DNA of 64,000 nucleotides from an uncultured delta proteobacterium (GTDB taxonomy: Bacteria > Desulfobacterota > Desulfuromonadia > Geobacterales > DSM-12255). Positions 1 through 9,442 of the stretch are shown here, piece by piece; the stretch's first letter is position 1; each line of letters starts with the position of its first letter. Location: assembly GCA_963787125.1 (NCBI GenBank), contig CAWBBV010000002.1:32001-96000 (forward strand), read 5' to 3'. The notes under the pieces were generated by a model. That model had not been told where the DNA came from and did not search any database. It saw only the letters and a list, made by a program, of their open reading frames with translations. A program made the translations under genes and the position numbers.

Positions 1-1576
1 GAGCCCTGGTCATCGGCGGCGGCATTGCCGGCATCCAGGCAGCCCTGGATATTGCCGACTGCGGCCACCAGGTCGTACTGGTCGAGCGGGACCCCTCCAT
101 CGGCGGCCATATGGCCCAGCTCTCCGAGACCTTCCCGACCCTGGACTGCTCCCAGTGCATCATGACCCCGAAGATGGTCGATGCGGCCAATCACCCCAAC
201 ATCACCCTCCACACCTACTAGTGAAGTGGAGAATGTCGACGGCTATATCGGCAACTTCCAGGTGACCATCAAAAAGAAGGCCCGCTCGGTCGACATGGAC
301 AAATGCACCGGCTGCGGCGTCTGCATGGCCAAATGCCCTCAGAAGAAAGATCCCCAACGCCTTTGACAAGAACCTCGGGATGCGTACGGCGATCTACGTC
401 CCCTTCCCCCAGGCAGTCCCCAACACCCCGGTCATCGACCGGGAGAACTGCACCTACTTTAAGATCGGCAAGTGCGGCGTCTGCCAGAAGGTCTGCGGTC
501 CCGGCGCAGTTGACTTCACCCAGGAAGACCAGCTGATCGTCGAGAACATCGGCGCCATCGTCGTTGCCACCGGCTTCGAGCTTTACTCCATCAGTGAAAA
601 GCCGAAAGGCTCCCCCATCAAGGGCTACGGCGAATTCGGCCACGGCAAGATTCCCGACGTCATCGACGGCATGACCTTCGAGCGGCTCGCCTCAGCATCC
701 GGCCCGACCGGTGGCAAGATCGTCCGCCCCTCCGACGGCAAGGAGCCGAAACAGATTGTCTTTGTCCAGTGCGTCGGCTCCAGAGCGCGAGAGAAAGGGA
801 TCTCCTACTGCTCCAAGATCTGCTGCATGTACACCGCCAAACATACCATGCTCTACCACCACAAGGTCCACGACGGTCAGGCCTACGTCTTCTTCATGGA
901 CGCCAGAACTCCGGGCAAGGGGTATGACGAATTCTGGCGCCGCTCCATCGAAGAAGAGAATGCCGTCTACATCCGCGGCGCCGTCTCCCGCCTTTACGAG
1001 AAAGGTGACAAGATCGTCGTCATGGGGAGTGATATCTCGCTGGGCATCCAGGTGGAGATCGAAGCCGACATGGTTGTCCTGGCTACCGCCGTTCAGCCCA
1101 GATCCGGAGCAGAACTCCTCGCCCAGAAGCTCGGCATCTCCTACGACGGCTACAACTTCTACTCCGAAGCCCACGCCAAGCTGCGGCCGGTTGAGTGCGC
1201 CACCGCCGGTGTCTATCTGGCCGGCGCCTGCCAGGGCCCCAAAGACATCCCCGACACGGTCAGCCAGGCATCAGCCGCCGCAGCCAAGGTGATGACCCTT
1301 TTCTCCAAGGATGAACTGCAGCGGGAGCCGATCGTGGCCAAGGTGCGCGAAGCCGGCTGTGTCGCCTGCTTCTACTGCAAGAAGGTCTGCCCCTACGGCG
1401 CAGTTGAAGAGAAAGAGATCCGTGATCGCCAGGGTAACCTTGTCAAGGTGGTCGCCTACGTCAACCCCGGCGTCTGCGGCGGCTGCGGCACCTGCCAGGC
1501 CACCTGCCCGTCCAAGTCGGTGGAGCTGGATGGTTATACGGATGAGCAGATTATTGCCCAGATAGAAGCTTTATAA
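1..1576 (+). CDS. hdrA: Heterodisulfide reductase subunit A (5'-partial; two +1 frameshifts at ~219 and ~348)
   Basis: Frame 3 from nt 3 reads [19 protein letters not shown]...[11 protein letters not shown]; frame 1 continues [13 protein letters not shown]...[12 protein letters not shown]; frame 2 continues [16 protein letters not shown]...CSKICCMY...[10 protein letters not shown] plus a C-terminal 2x[4Fe-4S] domain. Confidence 0.92.
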
Positions 1577-1590
1577 ACAAGATCAAAGGC

Positions 1591-1704
1591 AATAGAACGC
1601 GGATCAAATCTGATTTAAGCGGATTTACACGGATTTTATAAAATCGAATTTTTTGTTATGTCATCTGCGAAAATCCGCTCAATCCGCGTCATCCGCGTTC
1701 TATT
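1591..1704. repeat. Intergenic palindromic repeat family A, copy 1
   Basis: Perfect 14-bp terminal IR AATAGAACGCGGAT/ATCCGCGTTCTATT with internal CGGAT/ATCCG units; four copies in the window. Confidence 0.9.
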
Positions 1705-1716
1705 AAAAGGTTTATT

Positions 1717-2217
1717 ATGCATCCTGAAAAACAGAAACACGACTTCGAACCGAAAATCATCGCCTTTGTCTGCACCTGGTGCACCTACGCCGGGGCGGAT
1801 CTGGCCGGCACCAGCCGGATGCAGTATCCGAGCAATGTGCGGGTGCTGAAGTTCCCCTGTACCGGCAGGATTGATCCGGTCTTTATCCTCAAAGCCTTTC
1901 AGCAGGGGGCTGACGGCGTGCTGGTTTCCGGTTGCCACCCCGGCGACTGCCACTACATTGCCGGTAACTTCCATGCCAGACGCCGCTTTGCTACCTTCCG
2001 CAAGCTGCTGGAGTTTGTCGGCGTGGATCTGAACCGTCTCCAGTTCTCCTGGGTTTCGGCCGCCGAAGGGGGCAAATGGGTGGAGATGGTGACCGGTCTG
2101 ACCGAGCGGGTCAGGGACATGGGACCGATGGTGGAGTTCAAGGAACTGGCCATGGAAGAGCAGTGGTCAGGAGCTATCAATACAGCGGAGCTGCAAGAAG
2201 CTTACAAGCAGATATAA
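1717..2217 (+). CDS. mvhD: MvhD/FlxD-type [2Fe-2S] hydrogenase delta-like subunit
   Basis: FVCTWCTYAGADLAG, PCTGRIDP and GCHPGDCHY motifs; follows hdrA. Confidence 0.9.
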   Translation: MHPEKQKHDFEPKIIAFVCTWCTYAGADLAGTSRMQYPSNVRVLKFPCTGRIDPVFILKAFQQGADGVLVSGCHPGDCHYIAGNFHARRRFATFRKLLEFVGVDLNRLQFSWVSAAEGGKWVEMVTGLTERVRDMGPMVEFKELAMEEQWSGAINTAELQEAYKQI

Positions 2218-2221
2218 AGGC

Positions 2222-2347
2222 AATAGAACGCGGATCGGGCGGATTACCGCGGATCAGAGTCAAAAACAAAAGCCAAAAAGTTTAGGTTTAAAACCGATCT
2301 AAAAAATCCGCGCGAATCCGCTAAATCCGCGTCATCCGCGTTCCATT
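2222..2347. repeat. Palindromic repeat family A, copy 2
   Basis: AATAGAACGCGGAT...ATCCGCGTTCCATT. Confidence 0.9.
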
Positions 2348-2367
2348 AAAGGTTTAAAGGTTTCTAC

Positions 2368-3288
2368 ATGACCAAAGCAATCGATACATCCATCTACACC
2401 GCCGTAAGCGCCGCTATCCGCAGCGAGGCAAAACGGATTCTCAACGAAGGGCTCGTCACTGCGGTGGTCGGCTATACCGCTGCCCGCCGCAAGGGCTCCG
2501 TCCAGCCGATCGTCATCACCAGCCCTGAAGATGCGGACAAGCTCCTCTTCAGCAAGGGTGCGGTCAACAATCTGGCGGTCTATCTGACCAAGGCAAAGAA
2601 AGAGATCCCCAAGACAGGCCGCATCGGTATTGTCGTCAAGGGGTGCGACTTGAAAGCCCTCGTCGGTCTGATGGGCGAATCCCAGCTGAAGCGGGAGAAT
2701 CTCTACCTGATCGGTGTCCCCTGCGCCGGGGTGCTCGGCTCTGTCATCCAGCCGGACAGTGAGCTGACCGCAGCGACTATCGCCCCCAAATGCCTGGAGT
2801 GCGATGCCCATCTGCCAAAGGGGTGCGACTTTGTCCCCCAGGGCGAGCCGGTAACTCCTGTTCTTGAGAAGCAGTACGCCGCCGAGATTGCCCGTCTGGA
2901 GTCGCTGACTCCGGCCGAGCGCTGGAGCTTCTGGAAAGAGCAGTTCTCCAAATGCATCAAGTGCTACGCCTGCCGCCAGGTCTGCCCGTTCTGCTTTTGC
3001 GAGCAGTGCCTCTGCGACCGCAACAAGCCGCAGATGGTGGAGACCACGCCAAGGCCTGCCGGCAATTTTGCCTGGCATGTGGTGCGGGCGATGCATCTGG
3101 CCGGCCGCTGCGCCGGCTGTGCCGAGTGCGAACGGGTCTGCCCGATGGATATTCCACTCAACCTCTTAAACCGCAAGATGGCCAAAGAGCTGAAAGAGCT
3201 CTATGACCATGAAGCCGGCTTTGAGGTGAATGACAAGGGGCCGCTGGCCATGTATAACGAGAAAGATGATCAGAGCTTTATAAAATAA
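2368..3288 (+). CDS. FlxC-like 4Fe-4S dicluster protein
   Basis: KGCD, CIKCYACRQVCPFCFC and HLAGRCAGCAECERVCP motifs; hdr-flx context. Confidence 0.85.
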   Translation: MTKAIDTSIYTAVSAAIRSEAKRILNEGLVTAVVGYTAARRKGSVQPIVITSPEDADKLLFSKGAVNNLAVYLTKAKKEIPKTGRIGIVVKGCDLKALVGLMGESQLKRENLYLIGVPCAGVLGSVIQPDSELTAATIAPKCLECDAHLPKGCDFVPQGEPVTPVLEKQYAAEIARLESLTPAERWSFWKEQFSKCIKCYACRQVCPFCFCEQCLCDRNKPQMVETTPRPAGNFAWHVVRAMHLAGRCAGCAECERVCPMDIPLNLLNRKMAKELKELYDHEAGFEVNDKGPLAMYNEKDDQSFIK

Positions 3289-3291
3289 AAC

Positions 3292-3364
3292 AGGCTAAAG
3301 GTTGAAGGCTGGAGACTGAAGGAAAATCAAAACCTTCAGTCTTCAGTCTTCAGCCTATTAACCT
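3292..3364. repeat. Hairpin built from heptamer repeats (RGGCTGA/TCTTCAG type)
   Basis: aggctaaaggttgaaggctggagactgaagg...ccttcagtcttcagtcttcagcct. Confidence 0.7.
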
Positions 3365-3374
3365 CGAGATCCAG

Positions 3375-4379
3375 ATGCAAAAATTTATCTCCGAAATTAA
3401 TTTCAACACCCTCATCGACCGGTTGATAGGCGCAGGCAAGCGGGTGGTCGCGCCGAAGCTGAATGCCGGGACGCTTCTTTATGAACCGCTTACAACTGCC
3501 GCCGAGATGGTCATGAATCAGTTGCCGCGCCGCTCGGGCAAGGAGGCGTTCTTTCCGCTCTGCGAAGATATTGTCTCTTACAAAAAAGAGGGGCAGAAGG
3601 TTACGCTGACGGATGTTGATCCGGCTAACTTCCCGGAGACGTTCCTGGTGGGGGTGCGGCCGTGCGATGCTGCGGCCATTCCGGTGCTGGATGCGGTCTT
3701 CTCCTGGGACTACAAGGATCAGTTCTTCTTAGAGCGGCGCAAGAAGACTACGGTGATCGGTCTGGCCTGTACAACGGCCGATGACGCCTGTTTCTGCACA
3801 GCTGTCGGCATTTCACCCGATGAAAGGCGTGGTTCGGATCTCTTTATGACTCAACTGGAGGGTGGCGGCTATCTCTGCGAGACCCATTCCGAAAAGGGTG
3901 AAGCTCTGCTGACTGACTATGCCGAGCTGTTTGCCGCGCCAAACAGCCAGCAGCCAGTGCCTTTGGCAAGGCCGGAAGTGGAGAAGGTTGACCTGCAGAA
4001 GGTGAAAGCCTGGCTGGAAAGCAATTTTGAAGATCCGGCCTGGGACTCCATCGCCACCCGCTGCGTCGGCTGCGGCGCCTGCGCCTTTGTCTGCCCGGCC
4101 TGCCACTGTTTCGATATAGTGGATGAAGGGACAGAGAAGGGTGGCAAGCGGCGCAAGAACTGGGATGCCTGCGGTTTCTGGAAGTTCACCCACCACGCTT
4201 CCGGACATAATCCCCGGGACGGCCAGCCGAAACGCTACCGCAACCGGATCATGCACAAGTTCAAGTATTACGATGACAAGTTCGGCCAGACCCTCTGCAC
4301 CGGCTGCGGCAGATGTATCAGGCTCTGCCCGGTGGGGATCGATATTGCGGCAATCGTTGAAGACATCAGCAAAAAATAA
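3375..4379 (+). CDS. FlxB/AsrA-like 4Fe-4S protein
   Basis: GVRPCD, CFC, CVGCGACAFVCPACHCF and CTGCGRCIRLCP motifs. Confidence 0.85.
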   Translation: MQKFISEINFNTLIDRLIGAGKRVVAPKLNAGTLLYEPLTTAAEMVMNQLPRRSGKEAFFPLCEDIVSYKKEGQKVTLTDVDPANFPETFLVGVRPCDAAAIPVLDAVFSWDYKDQFFLERRKKTTVIGLACTTADDACFCTAVGISPDERRGSDLFMTQLEGGGYLCETHSEKGEALLTDYAELFAAPNSQQPVPLARPEVEKVDLQKVKAWLESNFEDPAWDSIATRCVGCGACAFVCPACHCFDIVDEGTEKGGKRRKNWDACGFWKFTHHASGHNPRDGQPKRYRNRIMHKFKYYDDKFGQTLCTGCGRCIRLCPVGIDIAAIVEDISKK

Positions 4380-4386
4380 AGACGGG

Positions 4387-4504
4387 CAATAGAACACGGA
4401 TCAAATCTGATTCCAGCGGATTTACACGGATTAAACAATAAAAAAGTTCAAATCCGCGAAAATCCGCGAAAATCCGCTCAATCCGCGTTATCCGCGTTCT
4501 ATTG
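4387..4504. repeat. Palindromic repeat family A, copy 3
   Basis: CAATAGAACACGGAT...ATCCGCGTTCTATTG. Confidence 0.9.
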
Positions 4505-4521
4505 AATTGGACTTAAAAATC

Positions 4522-5370
4522 ATGTGTGATAATAACAAAAACAACATTTATCTCCCCTACCTGGCAACAGTCGAGCAGGTCATCGACGAAACTCCGGATG
4601 TGCGGACACTACGGCTGGTGTTCCAGGATGAGGCGGTCCGGGAGAGTTTCACTTTCCGTTCCGGTCAGTTTGCCGAGTACTCGGCCTTCGGTGCCGGCGA
4701 GTCAACTTTCTGCATCGCTTCTTCGCCGACGAGAAAAGGGTATATCGAGTGCTGCTTCCGTTCAGTCGGCCGGGTGACGGAGTCGCTCAGGCGGCTGGAG
4801 GTCGGTGACAGCATCGGTGTGCGCGGGCCCTACGGCAATTCGTTTCCGATTGAGGATTTTTACGGCAAAAACCTGGTGTTTGTAGCAGGCGGTATCGCCC
4901 TCCCCCCGCTGCGCACCATGATCTGCAATGCTCTTGATCAGCGGGATAAGTTTGGTGACATCACTATTGTCTACGGTGCCCGGACTGAGAGCGATCTGGT
5001 CTACAAGCGGGAGATAAAGGAGTGGCAGGAGCGCAGCGATGTGCGCCTGGTGAAGACGGTCGATCCGGGGGGCAATGGTCCTGAATGGGATGGCCAGGTC
5101 GGTTTCGTGCCGACGATTCTGGGGGAAGCGGCGCCAAGTGCGGAGAACACCATTGCTCTGGTCTGCGGACCGCCGATCATGATCAAGTTCACTCTGCCGG
5201 TGCTGGAGAAACTCGGCTTCAGTGACGAGCAGGTTTACACTACGCTGGAGAACCGGATGAAGTGCGGCCTGGGGAAATGCGGCCGCTGCAATGTGGGCAA
5301 TATCTACGTCTGCAAGGACGGGCCGGTCTTTACCGCCGGGCAGGTCAAGGCTATGCCTCAGGAGTTCTAG
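4522..5370 (+). CDS. FlxA/AsrB-like FAD/NAD(P)-binding oxidoreductase with [2Fe-2S]
   Basis: RGPYGN, AGGIALPP, CGPPIM and MKCGLGKCGRC...VCKDGPVF motifs. Confidence 0.9.
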   Translation: MCDNNKNNIYLPYLATVEQVIDETPDVRTLRLVFQDEAVRESFTFRSGQFAEYSAFGAGESTFCIASSPTRKGYIECCFRSVGRVTESLRRLEVGDSIGVRGPYGNSFPIEDFYGKNLVFVAGGIALPPLRTMICNALDQRDKFGDITIVYGARTESDLVYKREIKEWQERSDVRLVKTVDPGGNGPEWDGQVGFVPTILGEAAPSAENTIALVCGPPIMIKFTLPVLEKLGFSDEQVYTTLENRMKCGLGKCGRCNVGNIYVCKDGPVFTAGQVKAMPQEF

Positions 5371-5406
5371 AAAAGCCGTCATGACATTATATAGCAATCT
5401 TCAAGC

Positions 5407-5436
5407 AAAAAGCCCGGTCCTGACCGGGCTTTTTTT
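5407..5436. terminator. Bidirectional intrinsic terminator
   Basis: AAAAAGCCCGGTC-ct-GACCGGGCTTTTTTT between convergent genes. Confidence 0.85.
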
Positions 5437-5437
5437 G

Positions 5438-5566
5438 TTACTCCGTTTCTAAATCAAAGATGAAATCAAGGCGGCGAGGATTGAGGCAACGAAGCAGTTC
5501 ATCAGTTCGCTGATGTGTCGAAGACGAGCCAACGAAGATAGCGCTTTGATTTAGAATCGGAAGTAG
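5438..5566. repeat. Structured repeat family B, copy 1
   Basis: Self-complementary ends; core shared with 55041-55166. Confidence 0.8.
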
Positions 5567-5600
5567 TTATTTCCCTGCTGCATTCATCTATCAAGCATCT

Positions 5601-7592
5601 CTATTTGCGCAGGGATGTGTAAACACCATCCCAGTCTTTTGGGGGCGGTTTGGCGATGAAGTCGGCGCAACGCTGGTGAAAAAGGCGCGATGGTGGATCG
5701 TTATAGCGCTCCACCAGTTCCGCGAAGATCGCATCGGCCTCTACGAACCGGCACTGGCGGAAATGATCGAGAGCTTCTTCGTAAGGGGCGAAGACCGGGC
5801 TCTCCTGCACTGAAACCTCGTAGAGTTCAGTAGGTAGTTCCTTCCCCTTGAGGCGCACCGCATCGACGCGGCGCAGATAATACTTCCCCCGGGGGAGGAG
5901 CGAACGGGTCCCTTCGCTGATCAACAGCCGGGTACCGTAGAGTTTATTGATACTCTCCAGGCGCGAGGCGAGATTAACATTGTCGCCGATGGCGGTGTAC
6001 TCCATCTTTTTGCCGGTGACGCCGATGTTGCCGACAATCACCTCGCCTGTATTGATGCCGATGCGCAGCGACAGGGGGGCCTGCCCTGAAGCCTGCCAAC
6101 GGCTGCGCAACTCCTCCATTTTGACTCTCATGCGCAAGGCGCAATCGACCGCCAGCTCGGCGTGGTTGTCCTGCGGCAACGGCGCTCCCCAGAAAACCAT
6201 GATGCCGTCGCCAATGAACTTGTCCAGGGTCCCTTCGTGCTCCATGACCAGATTGGTCATCTCCGCCAGGTATTCGTTGAGAATACGCAAAACTTCCTGG
6301 GGCGGGAGTTTTTCACTGAAACCGGTATAGTTTTCCACATCGGAGAAAAGGATGGTGAGAACCCGGCTGTCACCGCCTACCCGTGCCTGGCTGGGATCCT
6401 TTATGAGCCGGTCGACGACATGCTTGGAAACGTAGCTGGAGAACATCTCCTTGACCTCTCGCGCCTTGCGATCGAGGAGGGCAAAGCGAAGATAGACGGT
6501 AGTAAAAAAGGAGAGTGCCAGCGACATTTCCGGATAGACGACGCTTATCCACATCCCCTGCAGGAAGAGGAAGTAAGCACCGCCGAAGTAGCCGAAAAAG
6601 AGTGCCGCGATCAGCGTCAGGGAGAGCGAATAGCTCAAGTAAAGGGTGATGATTGCCGCCAGGGCGCCGAGGACGACAATGGCTGTCAGGTCGATCAGCG
6701 ACTCGACGCCGCTGCGCTTCATGTAGGCGCCGCGGGACATGGCGTCAATGGCATTGGCGTGGACTTCCACCCCCGGTGAATTGTTGGAAAAGGGGGTAAC
6801 TCGCATGTCATAGATGCCGAGGGAGGTCGCCCCTACGAGAACTATCTTCCCTTTCAACTCGGCGGCGCCAACCCGCCCGGCAACGACATCGCTGAAGGAG
6901 AAGCGCTGGTAGGTTCCCGGCGGACCGATATAATTAATGTAGTGGTAAAACTCACTGTCAGTCGGGATGTCATGGTCGCCAAGGGAGATGTGAAGATTGC
7001 CGGGTTGAATGCCCGTGGCGCCAAGCAGCGCCTTGGTGGCACTTAAGGACATTGATGCGACCTGACCCTGTTCGTCGTTCAGAAGAAGGCGGATCGAACG
7101 GACCACGCCGTCGTTGTCGGGGAACATGTTGATGTGCGGCTCGGAACGCGCCGCCTGGGAGAGCAGGGGGATGCTGCGCGTTACGCCGGCGACCGTGCCG
7201 TCGCGGTTGAACTCAAAGGCTACCGCCAGAGACGTTATTCCTGAACGTTTAAGGGCGTCGGCAAAAGCCTGATCGGCGACTTCACTCTCTTTCTCCGGGA
7301 AGAAGGCATCCAGGTAGATCGCTTTCGCTCCGGCAGCGGTCGCCCGGTCAATGAATTCGGCAAAACGGGTTCGGGTCCAGGGAAAACGCCCCAGCTCCTT
7401 GACGCTCTTGTCGTCGATGGCGACGATGACGATGGCGGGGTTGGGCTTTAGCGGACCGCGGAGGTGGTAACGAAAGTCATAGCTTTTGGCTTCGAAGCTT
7501 TCGACAAGCGGGTTTTGCCCATAATAGAGAAGGACGCAGACCACCGTGACCATAAAGGTGAGAGTCAGAATAATCAGTTTTTGCCGTTTCAT
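5601..7592 (-). CDS. CHASE2-domain class III adenylate/guanylate cyclase
   Basis: IVIVAIDDKS...FPWTR (CHASE2), PGVEVHAN, TM helices, ILFSDV, DKFIGDG, YTAIGDNVNLASRLE. Confidence 0.92.
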   Translation of the reverse strand: MKRQKLIILTLTFMVTVVCVLLYYGQNPLVESFEAKSYDFRYHLRGPLKPNPAIVIVAIDDKSVKELGRFPWTRTRFAEFIDRATAAGAKAIYLDAFFPEKESEVADQAFADALKRSGITSLAVAFEFNRDGTVAGVTRSIPLLSQAARSEPHINMFPDNDGVVRSIRLLLNDEQGQVASMSLSATKALLGATGIQPGNLHISLGDHDIPTDSEFYHYINYIGPPGTYQRFSFSDVVAGRVGAAELKGKIVLVGATSLGIYDMRVTPFSNNSPGVEVHANAIDAMSRGAYMKRSGVESLIDLTAIVVLGALAAIITLYLSYSLSLTLIAALFFGYFGGAYFLFLQGMWISVVYPEMSLALSFFTTVYLRFALLDRKAREVKEMFSSYVSKHVVDRLIKDPSQARVGGDSRVLTILFSDVENYTGFSEKLPPQEVLRILNEYLAEMTNLVMEHEGTLDKFIGDGIMVFWGAPLPQDNHAELAVDCALRMRVKMEELRSRWQASGQAPLSLRIGINTGEVIVGNIGVTGKKMEYTAIGDNVNLASRLESINKLYGTRLLISEGTRSLLPRGKYYLRRVDAVRLKGKELPTELYEVSVQESPVFAPYEEALDHFRQCRFVEADAIFAELVERYNDPPSRLFHQRCADFIAKPPPKDWDGVYTSLRK

Positions 7593-7722
7593 GGAAGACT
7601 CCGCCGCATTTAGTGGGGATTGATGGCAGCCATTTTAGTGGAGGGGATGGCGAATGTAAATAAATGTGATCAGTAATTTGCAAACAGGTCCTCAAACGGA
7701 CCTGTACAATCGTTTGTGTAAA

Positions 7723-9396
7723 CCCCAATCCGCAAAACTATTGGGTTAATATAGTGTAACATGCTATAATCCTTCACATAATTGTAGTGAAGGAGCTCAC
7801 CCGAATGGTGAAAGACAATCTCGGTTTTCAGTATGTAGCAGCCCGACAGACGCTAACTTCCGTAGCAGGATTGGAGCTGCTCACCACCCTCATACGCCGT
7901 CTCGATCTGATTCGAGCCATCAGAAACGAAGTGCGGGTCAAGAAGATCGACTACGGCTTCCGGGAAGAGGAACATCTAATCCCGCTGTTACTAAACATTT
8001 CCTTACGCCGGACCAGCTACACTGATCTTGCCTGGCTGGCACGGGAAGAGAAACTGCTCAAGAAATCGCTCGGCTTTGGCAAACTCCCCAAAGAGCGAGC
8101 TGTTGCCATGCATCTGGAGAAATATGGCAAAGAGGAAATAACCGGTCTCAAGCGGGTCGGCGCAAAGATTGTTTCCCAAGCAAGCATCACAGCTGAACCG
8201 GGGGCTGAAGGCTATATTCCCTGCGACATTGACCCGAGTATCTTCGAGCAATTTGCTCCCAAACGGGAAGGGGTTCAAACCACTTACAACGGTAAACTTT
8301 GCTACACCCCTGTATTTGCAGTTCTCGGGCGCGAACGGTTCTGCATCAATCACTGGCTGTTGCCAGGCAGAGAGAAAGCTGTTGAACGGATTGACGAATT
8401 CATCAGGGAAACGGCAGAGCTGCTCCCCGAGAAAATAGATCGGAACAAGCTCCTGTTTCGCTACGATGCCGGGCTTTACAGCATCAAAACTGTTCAAGCC
8501 AGCGAAGATGCTAAAGCATACTATCTGGTCAAGGCCCGAGCCAGCGGCGCATTGGATCGAGTGGTAAACGAGAATCTCGATGTCGATGTTATGAGCCTCA
8601 AAGTCACTGACTTCGGCGGCGAGTTTTACGGAGAATTCGAGTACACCCCAAGCGGCTGGAAAACTCCCCGCCGTTTCGTCTTCTGTGTTCAGATCAAGTC
8701 CGTAGACGAGAAAGGACAGCCACTGCTGCTCAATGACGTCCGCTACCACATACTGGCCACCAATCTACCCAAAGAAGTCACCCCGCAGCGGGCATTCGAA
8801 CTCTATCGGGGGCGTGGAGCTGCAGAAGAAGCGAACAAGGAACTCAAGCACGACCTGGATCTGGAGCGACTCCCCTCCCAGACCTTCAGTGTCAACGAAG
8901 TATTCCTTACCTTGGGGACCATGGCCTACAACCTGCTTATCCTGCTGGGTCAGCAGTGGCGGGATGAAGCTGGTGACGGAGAGATGGACAGTCACTTAAC
9001 ACCGGTACGGCGGCGGATCAAGACCATTCAGGATTATCTGCTGCGTAGTGCGGCAATCGTGGTCAATCATGCCCGCAAGAGCCTGCTGAAAGTCAACGGC
9101 TGGTGGCTGGAGAAACTTCGCCCTGACAGGATTCAGGCAAGAATCGGCAGGCTTCAGCCGGTAACCTGCTAAAGAAAAGCTGAAAACGAGATTGTCAAAG
9201 AACAAAAAAGCAAGAACAAGGGGGCAGTTCGTCTTCAGTCCGGCAAAAAACATCGTCTGAAGAGGCAAATAGCGCGTCACTTTTTGAATTTTAGAGAAAA
9301 TATGTGTTTTCGACTCCCATCAAAGGGAGCTCACTGAAAAAATACCCCCGAACTCACGCTGCCTGAATGTGTCCGGCAGAGATTTGCGGATTCGGG
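7723..9396 (+). mobile_element. IS1380-family insertion sequence (1674 bp)
   Basis: TIRs CCCCAATCCGCAAA and TTTGCGGATTCGGG (13/14 match); 5-bp target duplication GTAAA at 7718-7722 and 9397-9401. Confidence 0.88.
7805..9172 (+). CDS. IS1380-family transposase
   Basis: LTSVAGL N-terminus, DIDPS, RYDAG, YRGRGAAEEANKELK motifs; RBS AAGGAG before ATG 7805. Confidence 0.88.
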   Translation: MVKDNLGFQYVAARQTLTSVAGLELLTTLIRRLDLIRAIRNEVRVKKIDYGFREEEHLIPLLLNISLRRTSYTDLAWLAREEKLLKKSLGFGKLPKERAVAMHLEKYGKEEITGLKRVGAKIVSQASITAEPGAEGYIPCDIDPSIFEQFAPKREGVQTTYNGKLCYTPVFAVLGRERFCINHWLLPGREKAVERIDEFIRETAELLPEKIDRNKLLFRYDAGLYSIKTVQASEDAKAYYLVKARASGALDRVVNENLDVDVMSLKVTDFGGEFYGEFEYTPSGWKTPRRFVFCVQIKSVDEKGQPLLLNDVRYHILATNLPKEVTPQRAFELYRGRGAAEEANKELKHDLDLERLPSQTFSVNEVFLTLGTMAYNLLILLGQQWRDEAGDGEMDSHLTPVRRRIKTIQDYLLRSAAIVVNHARKSLLKVNGWWLEKLRPDRIQARIGRLQPVTC

Positions 9397-9442
9397 GTAA
9401 ATGCTGAAATTCGGTAAAACAACCCACAGGAGGGATATACCG

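Noticed and set aside
219..224. In-frame TAG TGA in hdrA as pyrrolysine/Sec recoding
   Set aside because: Homology resumes in a different frame, so this is a frameshift rather than read-through
1636..2285. Small ORFs overlapping family A repeats (IRSIRVIRV-type peptides)
   Set aside because: By-products of the periodic repeat and overlap with mvhD
1591..4504. CRISPR array interpretation of the repeats
   Set aside because: Copies are dispersed palindromes separated by genes; no repeat-spacer periodicity and no cas genes
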